From Rotaria socialis (lineage: Eukaryota): 64,000 nucleotides of DNA. The position numbers were made by a program, and so were the translations under genes. Below are positions 1 through 13,200 of this stretch, in pieces; within the stretch, counting starts at the first letter, position 1, and each line of letters starts with the position of its first letter. The DNA lies in the NCBI GenBank assembly GCA_905331295.1, contig CAJNYD010000025.1, forward strand, positions 1-64,000, written 5' to 3'. The notes under the pieces are model-generated. The model made no database searches, was not told where the DNA came from, and was given only the letters and a program-made list of their open reading frames with translations.

Positions 1-151
1 TGTGTTTGTATGCTTGATCATAATAGTTTCTTGTGGGTGTGGGTGCGGGTGCGGGTGTGGGTGTTGTTGCGGACGTGTTCGAGGGATAGGGACAGACCCA
101 CACCCACACTCACACCCTCAAGAAACTATTATGATCAAGCATACAAACACA
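1..151. repeat. Fold-back: 33-bp perfect inverted arms flanking inverted telomere-like repeats
   Basis: 1-33 (tgtgtttgtatgcttgatcataatagtttcttg) is the exact reverse complement of 119-151. Between them lie (TGTGGG/TGCGGG)x5, a ~30-nt spacer, then (CCCACA)-like x4. The left arm runs off the window edge. Confidence 0.9.
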
Positions 152-1455
152 TAACGGATGCACGACCACCACGCACTAAATATTCGACTGCAGTGCTTAA
201 CAACATAGTTGTTCTCTTACATGATCAAAGAAAATATAAGGAAGCTGAAGAATTTCATAGAAAAACACTCAAAATACGAGAAGAATTTCTACCTCCAGGT
301 CATATCGATATCACATGCAGCCTGAACAATATAGGAAATATTCTGCACGAACAGGGAAAATTCGACGCTGCGTTAGAATATCATAGAAGAGCCTTGCAGA
401 TGCATGAAGATTTACGAATTTCAGAGCATCTTGATTGTGCAGTAGGTCTTAATAACATTAGCAACATCCTCACTAATCAAGGAAATTACAAAGAGGCATA
501 CGATTCTCATCAACAAGCACTCAGAATGCGCCAGAAAATTTTATCCTCTGAACATCCAGACATTGCGTGTAGTTATAATAACATCGGAGATGTTTTGCAT
601 AAACAAGGCAAATATAAAGAAGCCCATGAACACCACTTTCAGGCGCTTGAAATTCGAGAAAAATCTCTACCGGCAGATCATCCAAGAATCGCTAATAGTC
701 TCAATAACATTGGCAGTGTTTTTGAAAGCCAAAAGAACTACACACGAGCTATTGATTATTATCAACGAGCGTTAGATATACGAGAAAAGTCTTGCCGCCC
801 ATACACCCTGACATAGCACACAGCTTTAATAACATTGGTAACATTCTGAATAAACAAGGAAACTATGTAGAAGCTCTCGAGTACTATACAAAGGCACTTG
901 AAACACAACAGAAATGTCTACCATCGAATCATCCTGATATTGCCGCCTGTTACAATAACATTGGTATTATATTAAAACATCAAGGAAATGAGAAAGCAAT
1001 ATTTACCTGAAAATCATATTGATATTGCTGATAGTCTTAATAGCATTGGCCTCATTCGACAGAAGCAAGAAAACTATGCTGAAGCTCTTGAACTTTTTCA
1101 GCAGTCACTTAAATTAAAAGAAATATATCTACCACAAGATCATCCTAGCATGGCTATAAATTATCATAATATAGCGAATATCTTACGCCTGCAAGAAAAC
1201 TATACTAATTGTCTTGATTATTATGTACGAGCACATAAAATACGAGAATGTTACTTACCACCAAACGATACTGATATCGCTGATAGTCTCTACAATATTG
1301 GATTTACTTATGACCAGCTTAATCAACCGACACGTGCACTTGAACATTTGAAAAAAGCGGCTGACATCTATAAAGGCTTGCCAACCGAAATCTCAGCGTT
1401 TAATAAAATTCAATGTCATATTCAAAGGCTTCTGCCTGAAAAAAGTTCTACATGA
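119..1455 (+). pseudogene. Disrupted TPR-repeat protein (42-aa nephrocystin-3/kinesin-light-chain-like repeats)
   Basis: Repeats of the form HPDIA.S.NNIG....QG.Y.EAL..HQ.AL.IREK.LP run through three ORFs (10-816, 792-1010, 988-1455). There is a frameshift near 790 and a partial-repeat deletion near 990. The 5' end is replaced by the fold-back element. Confidence 0.8.
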
Positions 1456-1650
1456 TTGTATAAATGACAGCAGTCATTTAAACTCGAACAAAAACTTTAA
1501 TTTTTCGATCATCATTCTGTTTCAAAATAATAGTACATGAGATTTAAATTCAATTTCTAATAAACGGGAGAATGTAGAAGTTTTACAATCAAAATGTTTT
1601 ATTCTATCATAATAAGGAAATTTTCGATATTATACGATCATTTTTAATCT

Positions 1651-1695
1651 TGAGGGTGTGGGTGTTCTCTAAATCCCAACCGACACTCACACCCT
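1651..1695. repeat. Short element with inverted telomere-like termini
   Basis: TGAGGGTGTGGGTGT - 17-nt spacer - ACACTCACACCCT. Confidence 0.75.
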
Positions 1696-2751
1696 GTGTC
1701 ATTTGCATTTGAACATCAATATGCTCTATATTGAAAGGATTCATAATCGAATAAAGCATAAGATTTTAGCTGTTAGACACCATATGTTATAATCGAGACT
1801 CCGTTATATACAAGGAAAAAAATAGTGCATACTTTCTTAAGGCGAATCAGATGAATTCAATGAGTTTCATAATCTCAATAATGGCATGTTTTGTAAAATT
1901 GATTTATTTTATGTATATCTTACTTTTACTTTCTTTGCAACTAAATAGTTCAAAGTTTCTTAGGTAACAATCATGAAAGCCTCTTTCGAACGCAAGTGAT
2001 CAACCTTTTTTCATTGGAAAATACCTACGACTACGAGTACATCGGTCATACATCATTTTCAATAAAACAATCCTTTCCTAATTTATAAATAGAATTTAAT
2101 GGTCACCAAAACACAATCAAATTCATCATCTTAGCTTTATAAATAAGAAAAGCAACAGTGGACTGATATTCAACTATTGTGTTCATCTTAGATTATATTT
2201 TTACATAAATATTACACAGCATTTTAACAGGTGATTTATCAATATCGAAACAACTGAGAAGACATTTTTCAAATCAACAAAAATATGTTTTTTTAGATAA
2301 CTTTCTCGCTTTAAATGTAACTCAAACTCACTTCTCATCACAATTTGGGTTCGTTATTAATCATTTCTCTAATATAATACGCATGAAACAATGATTAAAA
2401 TAAACCAATCATTACTTTCAGTCATCATATGTTCTATATGGATGATAACAATATGCACTCAACATATGATTGATATGCTTTTCTTACTCCCCTAGTGCAT
2501 TGGTGTTTTTTTTCCGCATGACCTCTAATGACATAATTTTCAACATATACATATATGTATGATCTATTCCAAGAGTAAACATGAAATATTGAATCATTTA
2601 TTCAGTTTGTTTTACAGAAAAACAACACAAAAAAACACAAGGATGATTGATAAATTTCAATGATCTTCAGCACACACACAGACGCACAAAAAAGAACATA
2701 ATTGATTAATTTACTATTCTTCGATTTTGACCACGATTTTTCTATTGATGT

Positions 2752-3176
2752 TTAACAATATTTTAATAATTTCTTCAGCGTACAAACTTGAAGACAACAA
2801 TCATAAATCAATGTATCATTAAATTCTAAAAGAAATCCAGAAAAAACCTTCATGTTTTTTTCGCAAAATGTGCTATTAACTTACGCGTATTGTCAATAAT
2901 CGAAGTTGCATATGAATAAAGATTATCTTGCGTTTTTCTTGGTCTTTTCGTAGGTGATGATAATGTAGTTGTTATTCTATTTCGAACTAATATTTGTTCA
3001 GCTCTAGTACATACCGTATCCAGCAAATGAATCAAAGCTAGACCACACATTTTAATACTAGTTGGCTGGCGTATTGCTAACACTTTGAGTCGGCGATTAT
3101 TTGTATTCTTTGCATTTATAAGTGATGTCATAAAAATAAGGATAATAGCAAATTTAAAAATTGATGATCGAAACAT
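2752..3176 (-). CDS. Insulin-like peptide precursor (2 exons, ~122 aa)
   Basis: Exon 1 (3176-2885) has a signal peptide MFRSSIFKFAIILIFMTSLINA, a B chain CGLALIHLLDTVC and basic KR/RK sites. A 59-nt GT-AG intron (2884-2826) follows. Exon 2 (2825-2752) encodes the A chain CCLQVCTLKKLLKYC* (CC-x3-C-x8-C). Confidence 0.92.
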
Positions 3177-3386
3177 GTTGTTAATGAATGAAAGGAACAA
3201 TTGTACTAGTAAACATTCGAGCTAAGTTCATATTCAGTTGTTTTAATATCAACCATTGTTAACAAAGATAGATTTCGTTGATATAAGTACTGACTGAACA
3301 AAGCTCGTTTCACCTACTTAATGAATATTATAAAATAATAAACCTAGTCTTCTTTTTTTTCTTCTTCTCGTTCTCTTTCTCCTTGC

Positions 3387-3535
3387 CTCTCTCTCTCTCT
3401 CTCTCTCTCTCCCCTTTTATCGAACAAAAATTATATAGAAAGAATAAATAAGCGTTTCATAATGCACGCATAGAGATTAAAAACTAATGTCTTTCTTTTT
3501 CCTTTTCATTCATTCATTCATTCATTCATTCATAC
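3387..3535. repeat. (CT)n and (TTCA)n microsatellites upstream of the insulin-like gene
   Basis: CT run at about 3387-3411 and TTCA run at about 3505-3532. Confidence 0.8.
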
Positions 3536-4283
3536 ATTAGAAGTTTTATCAGATGAACCATATGTTATCATTCAGCCCATATGGAAAAAAACAAGAATTC
3601 CGTTGGTGAAAAAAATCTATCAATCATCCTATTATAAATCAATTCATAATAGAATGTACATATCTCACATATGAGTTCATTCAGTTGAGGCACAAACTTC
3701 TTCTTTCATGGATCTATGATAGTACAAATCGAGATCTCAATTGCAACGAAAAAGTTCTTTTGTGACAAAGAACTAAAACAAACCATAGAAAGCAATAGGA
3801 CGATTGTATTTTCTTTTGATGTGAAAAAAACAGCTGCTATCAGCTGAAGTGAAAAGGAGAGCCCAATGAATATTTATTTTTCATGCGTGTATGATCAATA
3901 ATAGATATTTAGTAGACGCATGTCTGTATGTATATAATATTGACGAGCCATATTGTGCAGTCATTTGTAACGATCAACATTTAAATTCGATAATGTTCAA
4001 GTGTTGAAAAATTACTTTGACGATTGATAGATGTGAAAATGAATTAGTACGTTTATCAATAAATCATCAATTGCTATCCGAAAACGATAACAAAGAAAAT
4101 GAATATCATGAAAAGTAAACGTTAGTAAGAAACGCATTTGTTTAATGTGAATAACGATCTGTTGTATTAAGCTAAGTTACTATCAAAGCGAAATAGAGAA
4201 AAAAAATACTGAGAAATCAAGAATATATATATATATATATATATGTGTGTGAAATATCTGACAGATAAAGAAAATGTTTATTA

Positions 4284-7200
4284 TCACAAATAAGCCGCCC
4301 AACCGATGAACATCTGACATAATAATTCATTGCTTGTTGCTTGCTAAAAAACAAGATCAAATAAGAAAAAAGATCACAGCTTGAAGTAACTTAACATACT
4401 TGAATCAAATGATCAACCTGTCCTTCAACTGATAATGGTAATACAACACGTTTTCCTGTTAATTCATCTGTACAATAGCCTCGTACACGTTCTAATATAT
4501 TTCTCACATGTGTTTGGGCCTATTGAAATAAATTCTGCAATACAAAAAAAAAAATTTGACACAGATCTTTCACCTACCTTCATATTCACAACTTCTCCAC
4601 CTTCAATTTGTTGTTTTTTCATATTCGCAACTTCTTCTCGTGTTGCTGATTTCCATTCGACTAATGGATCATAGATAAATGTTTTCAATACTGATACAAG
4701 TAATTCACGTTCATCTCGTATTAAATGTAAAATAATTTCACATGTTTTACGAAATACACCTTCGACACCTAAAGTACCCATACCATCAACAACATTATGT
4801 GTTAAACGAAACGGAACCTTTTCCGGTATTTCAAATGTTAATCCTAATATAAAAACAGATGTAAACTGAGAATTTCGGTTTTGAATTATTTTTACCTTTA
4901 TTAAATAAACAATTGAAATCAACGTGAACGGTTTCACCTGTACATGTATCAATGAGAATATTTTCACAATGTCGATCACCTAAACCCATTATATAACCAA
5001 TCATTGACATAACAGCCGTTGAACGAACGAAATTCATTCGACTTATATACCAACGATTCGGATCAGGATAGGCAGCAAAAAAATATTGATGAAATACAGC
5101 TGGTTGATGAAAAGCTAACAGTTTGACGAAATCCTATTGGTTTTTAGAGAAAATAAAGCAATTAAAATTTCTTTTTACAATAGAGAGCTTTTTTGTGTGT
5201 GTGTCATTTTATAGTTTTAAAGATCACGAGTTTTCCTGTTTCCGTTGATTACTATTTGAAATTCGCTGATAGCGAGATATTCTGTCTCGTCTACAAATTC
5301 TAAATTTTATATGCAGTCATAGAGCATATGTCTATGATTCTATATAGATGACTTACATTGAAACGAGCTTCTTTTGATTTATCTTTACTATTTCCATAAA
5401 CTTTTATTTCTCGATTGGATACTTCCGAAAAATTTGAACTACGTTGACGATAGAATTTTGTTACTAATGAACGAAATGTACATAAATTAGGTAGCCATTC
5501 AATTAATCCACAACGTTCATTTATTGGATAAACAGCATAGGTACGAATATTCAATTGACGACGACGTGTTTCACTATTCTTTTTTAAACATTTATTAAAT
5601 AAATGACAAAAATCTAGGCAACGTGAATCAACACGAAGATCATCTTGAGATTTACATAGAAATGGATATAATTGTCCATCACTACCACGTATAACAATTT
5701 TTTTTGGTCTTTGTAATGATGATAATACGTCAATCGTATCTTCGAAACCTTCGAAAAACGTGTTCAAAGATAATGAAAAAAAGTTGATCAATATCAACTT
5801 ACTATGTATGGTGACAACAGCATCAGGAAATGGTTGATGTCGTGCATCGTAATAATTTTTTGGTGGCATTTTATTGATTCCCGTTGTTGTTAATCCAGCT
5901 TGTGCAGCTTTTTTATTCGCTGTTCTTCCTAATGCACCTTGTTTATTTACCATAGCTGACAATTTCACTGTTGATCCTGTAGGAAGATCATTGTTTGTTT
6001 GTTGTTGAAGGTGTGCTGATGTTGTCGATAGAGAAAATCTTACTGGTGGTGGTGGTAAACAAACTTGCATTTGTGATTGAATTGGTATTAGTATAGGACA
6101 TGCTGATTGATTAGCATAGTAACGTTTGAACGATTTAAAATGTGCGGATAAACTTATCTTATTTTGTCCATAGGCAACAGCATGCATACATAATGTATCA
6201 AGTTGTTTGATGAGTATTGTGGCTTCAACGACAAAATCATGTAAGCCAGGCTCAATATTTGAAGCTTCATTCCAAATAGCAATACAACGATCACGTCGCA
6301 TACTATTCGATGAACCATACAAATTAATCATCATCCATAATGTTTGTTGAGGAAAAGCAGCAAATACTTGTGTTATTATTGCATTTAAAGCTTTCGATGT
6401 CATATCTTCACTATGACATATACGTGAAACCATATAGGGAAAAGCAGCTAGAAATAGATAAGGTGGTATACGTGTCGTCCATGATGAAACTTCACGAGTG
6501 ATTTCAGACAATTTTGCATGGCCATGTTGTTTAATTTGTGCAGCATCAGGTAAATTAGTTGTTGGAGCTGTTGATGGTTGTTGCTTGCGTGTGGTTGCTG
6601 TTGGTGCTGGAACAGGTTTAATGAACGGTGCAAGATCAGAGGCAAAATCAAGCCACATCGTTAATAAACGTGTTAATGATTGATAAATAAAATCACAGCC
6701 ATATTTCAGTGAACGACAATAGGTATTGACAGCTAAACGAATATATTCCATCATACGTAATTTATTTTCTAACGAAAGTCCTGTAGACGATAGAAAATTA
6801 TTTGTTGTTGTTGTTGAATTAGAATTTGATGATGTTGGATCAGATTCGATACACGATGAAAGTAATGTATCGTAAAATTGTGCTAAATAAAAATGTGTTT
6901 CTTCCCAATGTGGCGCTGCTTCTTGAGATTGTTTATACATTTCAAAAACAGCTTCATGAGGAGAATTTTGTTCACTATAACGAGCTAATAATAACCATAC
7001 TTGTGCTTTCAAATCAGCTGAAACTGAAAACAAAGAGAAAAATCACATTCTAATTTCTTGAAGATGATGTTCAAACTAGCGTAGAATTAAGAGAATAGGA
7101 ATATATTGATTTCTTAAGCATCATTTGACGAATGGCTCGTTTAGTAAATAACTAGAACTGGCTATCGTAGTTCAAAGTGAAGATTCGACATTTATGACGT

Positions 7201-10200
7201 TAAGCATCAAATTATCTCCAAAACAAAACAGAATTGCTTTTAAAACCACGGCATAGAAGGAAGCATTGGACCTCTATAAACAAAAGTGGCATCAAAATTC
7301 TTAGATTGAATTATGAATAACAGTGCAAAATATTTCACAAGAGAAGTCTGCGTCATCGAACTTTAAAATCGAACCTTGTAATCGATTTTCATTAAGATTT
7401 CCTTCATTGATTGTCTTTGATTCCAGTAATTCAATTTTCTTCTGTTTTAAACTCATAATAGCTCGATCTTTTTCTCCTTTATCCCACATCCATTGTGCAC
7501 GTTCAATTGCTACTTCAATTGGATGTGATTGATTTGCTTTCATTAAAGATCCAATAGCTGCCAATGAATTATTTTGTGCACGTGCTATACGAGCACTATG
7601 TAGCCAACATTCACCAATTTCTAATGCATGCTGTTTACTATGATCGATATCATCCAACAGAAGAAGAGTCCGTCGTAATGCTAATGATGGCTCAATAAAT
7701 TTACTATTTGGTGGTAATAAAGCGTGTCGTTGTGACCATACATCATCAATACTATCATTATCAATAATCATAATCGAATGATCGTTGTGAAAGATATTTT
7801 TTACAATATAATATTCAAGATCTTTGAGGAGATGTAATTTAGCTAGATAATCGTATGCACGTTGATATGAGCCAACTTCCATACTAGCTGCTGATATGGG
7901 TCCCATTAATGAATTTAATGCTAGACGAAATTCAGAATAGAATTCTTCTCGGTTTTGTTTTTTGGCTTGACATAAAATTTTGCCGACGTATTCTTCGAAT
8001 TGTTTTGAAACATTTAAATCATGTAAAATATTCATTTTTGAACTTTCATTTCGTTGTTCATTGTGACTTAAATCAATATTTTCTTTTTGATGAGAACAGA
8101 ATTTTTCTAATAAATTCCATTTTGATAATTTCCATGCCGCTTCAATACGTAAAGGATTTAACATATTCGTCCATGTTGGATATTGAACAATAATGCCAGT
8201 TGCTTGATCAATTGTATGTTGAAATTGTTGTTGAGTTAATAAATTATTTAAATAACCTAAATATAAATGTAGATTTGCTTGATTTAATTCGTTCATTTCG
8301 AGGACGTTTTCATATGCAACAATAGCTTCATCAATTTGTCCAGTTAATTCATAGGATAAAATTTCTTCGTACATATCTGTTCGCGTATGATCGGATTGTT
8401 TTGGCTTCATATCGCGTATAGCGATTATACCATAAGCAGAATCTTGATCATTTAAACGATGAAATAATTTTAAAAGAAATTCACTATTGTGTGTAATATT
8501 GATTTGCTGTTCAATTGATGAATACATTTCAAAATGGCGATAGGCACGTGTATAATGATCATATTTGAATGCAATACGAGCCAGTGAAAGATCAGTATGT
8601 AGCAAACGGATATAGTCACGTATTCGTGTTATGCCTAAATTATTCCAAGTACCATCATGAATATTTAATGGGTCAGGATTTAATTGCTGAGGAACTTGCT
8701 GTTGCTGTGCAAGCTGTGCAGGCTGTCGTTTACGTTGATTTACTTGTTTCGCTTGTTCATTTGGATCTATATTGTTTAATGATGAGAATAGAAGAAGGAA
8801 ATCGATTAACGTAAATATGCTTTGACCAATTTGATGAAGAACATCAGACGACGGATTTATTTCATTGGTGTCATATTGATTACTATAGAAAATTAATGCT
8901 TTAATTTCTCTATCTAATACATCTTGACCAAGATTTTCACCAATTAAATGAAGTATTACATAGGGCAATAAAAATGAGCCAATAGAGCTATTAAAAAAAA
9001 AGAAAAGGAAACTTTGTAATGACCATTTTAAATTGTTACACATTCAAATACGAATTATAAATAAAGAATTTTCTTTATGTAATTCAAAAATCAGAGAGAA
9101 AATTGCTCAGCAGAACCCCTGTATAGAACCCAATATAATTTGCATTGCTAATCGTGAGAGACACTTTGAGGTACATTTATTCATCATCTACAAAAAAATG
9201 GAATACGGAAGTCATTTCTATATTAGCAGAGAAAATAATTGTGGTGCCCCGACGACTGTGTCAGAAGCGCGAATTTGTTGTATCCCATTTTCTTCAACAC
9301 TGTTATGATATGAAATTTCATCGTGTAACAAAATGCAGAGATTCTGCATTTTAAACATTGACGTTAACTATCTCAATGACGGTATACATCGATACCAATT
9401 CCATATAAAAATTTCGCTCAAATAAAACTGCAAAACTCTTAAGTTTTGTTTTTAAAATTTTTCGATCCAATCAACGAATGGATACAATGTTGAGTTTAAC
9501 ACTTTTGTAATTAGTATCTGCTTAAACTGACCTATTAAATCGAACAGCAAATAAACAAGAATGAAATAAATGATAATAATTATTATTTGGTAAATGTTGA
9601 ATTAAATAAGGTACATATTGTGTTAACCATTGTTCGTATGTTTTTACAGTTAACTGTTTTAAAATTGCTTCTTGTGATCGACTCGTCTTTAAATTTGTTT
9701 CATCGGTTAAAACATACTTTGATGTACGTAACGGTTTAAATAAATCTTGTTGTTCTTGATTTAATTTTGCCCATAATTCTTGATTAACTTTAACTTTTTC
9801 ATTATCATCCGATAGATTTAAATTATAAAATTTCAAGCATTCTTGTATTGCATAGGATATTGTATCTTGTTGTCGTACTTGATCAGCAGCAAGAAAAGCT
9901 CGTGTTAATTCAGCGAATAATTCTAATGCAAATTCTTGTGAATATAACTTAAAATAGCAACGTTTTAAATCATCAGTATTAATTTCGGAATTCGAATTCG
10001 ATAATAAACGATTAATTAATGATGTTGATGTTGCTATTTTCGAATACAATTTACGAAATTCTATTCGTCCAGGATCAATAGCTCCAATTTCTCCAAGAGA
10101 ATTAATCGCAATAAAACGTATATTCTGATTTGTATCATTACACCGTTCAAGCAATGTTAATATAAGACGAGTTATTATTGGCGGAACGGTATCACGTGAT

Positions 10201-13200
10201 AAACACATCTGTAACAAATATGGACGATTAGTTTTTAATAGATTTTCTAAGCTATTTAATGCATGTAAACGTATATCGACCATGTCAAAGTTTAGCAGTG
10301 TGATAAGACGTTGAAATTTATTTTCTAATAATGTACGTTCATCGTTTTTAACTTTGGTTTGATTATCAGTAACTTCTGTTGTATGCAGTTTTTTACATTT
10401 ATTTAACTTAGTTCGAATGTTGTCCATTTGATTTAATTGTGGAATAAGCAATAAATCGTCAGCGATAGCAGCTATTTGACTATTTGAAATATTACTCAAC
10501 ATAAGGAGTACTAGTTCTTCAAAATGTTCAAAATTTATTTCATGAAATGGTAATAATGATGCAATCAGTTGTAACATCATTGACGAAAGAATGTCAACAT
10601 TCGTACTGAGATGGTGAATGAATTGTTTCCAAAGATTAAATACTATTAAACTTAATTCAGACGAACATTGAAGAGCGAGACGAAGCGACCGAAGAAGTTT
10701 TACACGTGTTGCAACGATTTGAGATGGTTCTAGGGAAGACAGAAAAACAAGTCAAAACATTGAGTAAATTTTGATCTATCCAGAAGGTTCAATTTTTGTA
10801 TTTTGTGCGATAGTGGAAAGGTATTTTCCTATGAAAATGTCAATCCAACTGATCATGACTCATACGTTCAGGGAGTATAAGAGCTTAAAATTAGATTGTT
10901 CTTGGCTGGACTTACTCATAATTGCAGGGTAGACTTTAAGTTATTGTATCTACGTTAATTTCAAAACATAAGTTACCCGAAATGCCAGTCTATTCTTCTT
11001 TTCTCTTGTAATCTATTGATGAAAATTATTCGATTCATCGATATCAAAGCTTTCGATGAGACTAATAGACTTGTTTTCTTTAACATTCAGTTCTATTTAT
11101 GGGTCCAAAAATTTAACGAGTCTCCCTCTGTCAAGTGTTAAAGCTATTTTTCACGGACTATGACTTACCCATAATTTTCAATACTTCTGTTAAACTTAAT
11201 AGTACTCGTTTTTTCGAATGTAACGGTGTACTATTCGATAATAATTCGGTTTCAAAATCACATAAAATTCCTAATAATTTCGATTGCAATGCCTTATTAA
11301 CATGTTCTACTTTGACAACATTTGAATAATCTTTTTCTACTGTCAACAATATTCCATCTAATATACCGACAGCCATCTGTAAACCTTTCATAACATGTTC
11401 CGGATGTGTACTAATGTAAAGTAACAATTTACTAAATATAGGTGGGCCACCAAAACGAAAAACAGCAGCTAAATCAGCACCAGCTTCTTGTTCAATAAAT
11501 TCATTAACTTCATAAACACGACTAATCGCATAATCTCCATTGGGATTTTGACTATTTTCCAGTCGTACATGTCTCCATACATGTGAATAAATAGCTGGAA
11601 ATGCATCGAAAATAACTTTTTTCTTCGACATTTTTACAGCTGTTCGAATATGTTGCACAACTCGACTTGCATTTAATGAACGTTCCTCGACAATCCACGG
11701 TAATAAATCAGGTAGAATACGTTTTAAATATGTATTAAACGAACTTCCATTTTGTTGCATCATACTAAATAATAAATGCAAATGACGTAGACAAATATCC
11801 GATGGTTGTTCAGAATTCAGTAATAATGATTGTGCTATAAGACGATATAAACTATCTGTATGTTGTTGTACAATAGATGTTAAATCAATTTTTTCATTCA
11901 TCGTTACAAGATTTTTATTTTTAGTTAATTTAATATTATTATTGTGATTTTGTAAATATTCATCTTTGGCTATGTTCATTAATTCGATTTGTGATGTATG
12001 TTGAAATGATGTTGCTAAACCATTGATTAAAATAAATAGAACAAAAACAAATATATCTTCGTTGCATGTACGACGAGCAATTAAACCGCATAGATGTATT
12101 AAACGACTGTAATCATCATCGTGATGATTTGTTGTTTGTCGAATAGCATCGTTATTTAATTGTGTTAATGTATCGAATAGAAATTGATCAAGATTATCAT
12201 TGACTGAATTTTCCCATTGCCGATTATGAGAAATTAAAATGGTCTTAAATAGATATGGCATGATAGACAATAGACATAGGCGTTCTTGATTATTTTGATT
12301 GAGATAAGTATTAAATAGATGTTTCAATTGAAGAAAATTTTCATCATGATCATTGGCAGGGCGAATAAACGATGGATGAGAATCGAACGTTTGAAAAAAT
12401 TCAACGAGACCAACATAATTACATGGAATTGATGTTTGAGTAAATAAATAAAATATGGGAAGTATATTTGATAGAGAAAATGATGTTGAATTCGTACAAG
12501 TTGTTGATGATCGACTACGAATGTAAACATTGTTTTCGAGTGATGAACATGATGTACAAAGAAGTTCGAATGAATCGATAATTGATTGATTAAAATGATT
12601 GTGAATCTAAAGAATATTGAATTCTAGATGAATGCTCAACTAAATCTATGCAAGTAAAACATTCATAACTCTAGCAATTGGTTTCTCATGTGGATGTGGG
12701 AAAAGTAATGTTTTGAAATTCTTGATTTCCTGAATGTTATCAAAGACTATCGATTGCAGTGATCGTCATACATTAATAACAGTTCATTCTAATCTATTCA
12801 TGACGCATTTAATGAATTTCCGAAGGATTACATAAGAAGAAATATGCCTGAAAATAAATAGTGTACAACAATTTCTATGTGACTATTTTCATATGTTTAA
12901 GCACTCGCATGACTGATGTAACTCGGAGTTTCATGCTACACGTTTCTGTTGGCATTACTTTAATTTTAACAGTATTTGCATTAATATCAAATAAACATCG
13001 ATGCATACGCCAAACATTCATCACTATCGGTTTAAATCGATCATCAATATCTTTAGAACAGTATTTCGTATAAAATGTTGGCAGAAACGATGTTGTTTGT
13101 AAATTATATTGCATGAATGGTAATACTTTGAGTGCCATTAATTGTGTATTCGTATCCTTGTCATTAAGGCACGAAGAAAATATATGAAGGCGAAGTCTAG

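Noticed and set aside
10..120. N-terminus of the 268-aa ORF (WVWVRVRVW...PTPTLTP)
   Set aside because: It is a translation of the telomere-like repeat element, not real TPR protein sequence.
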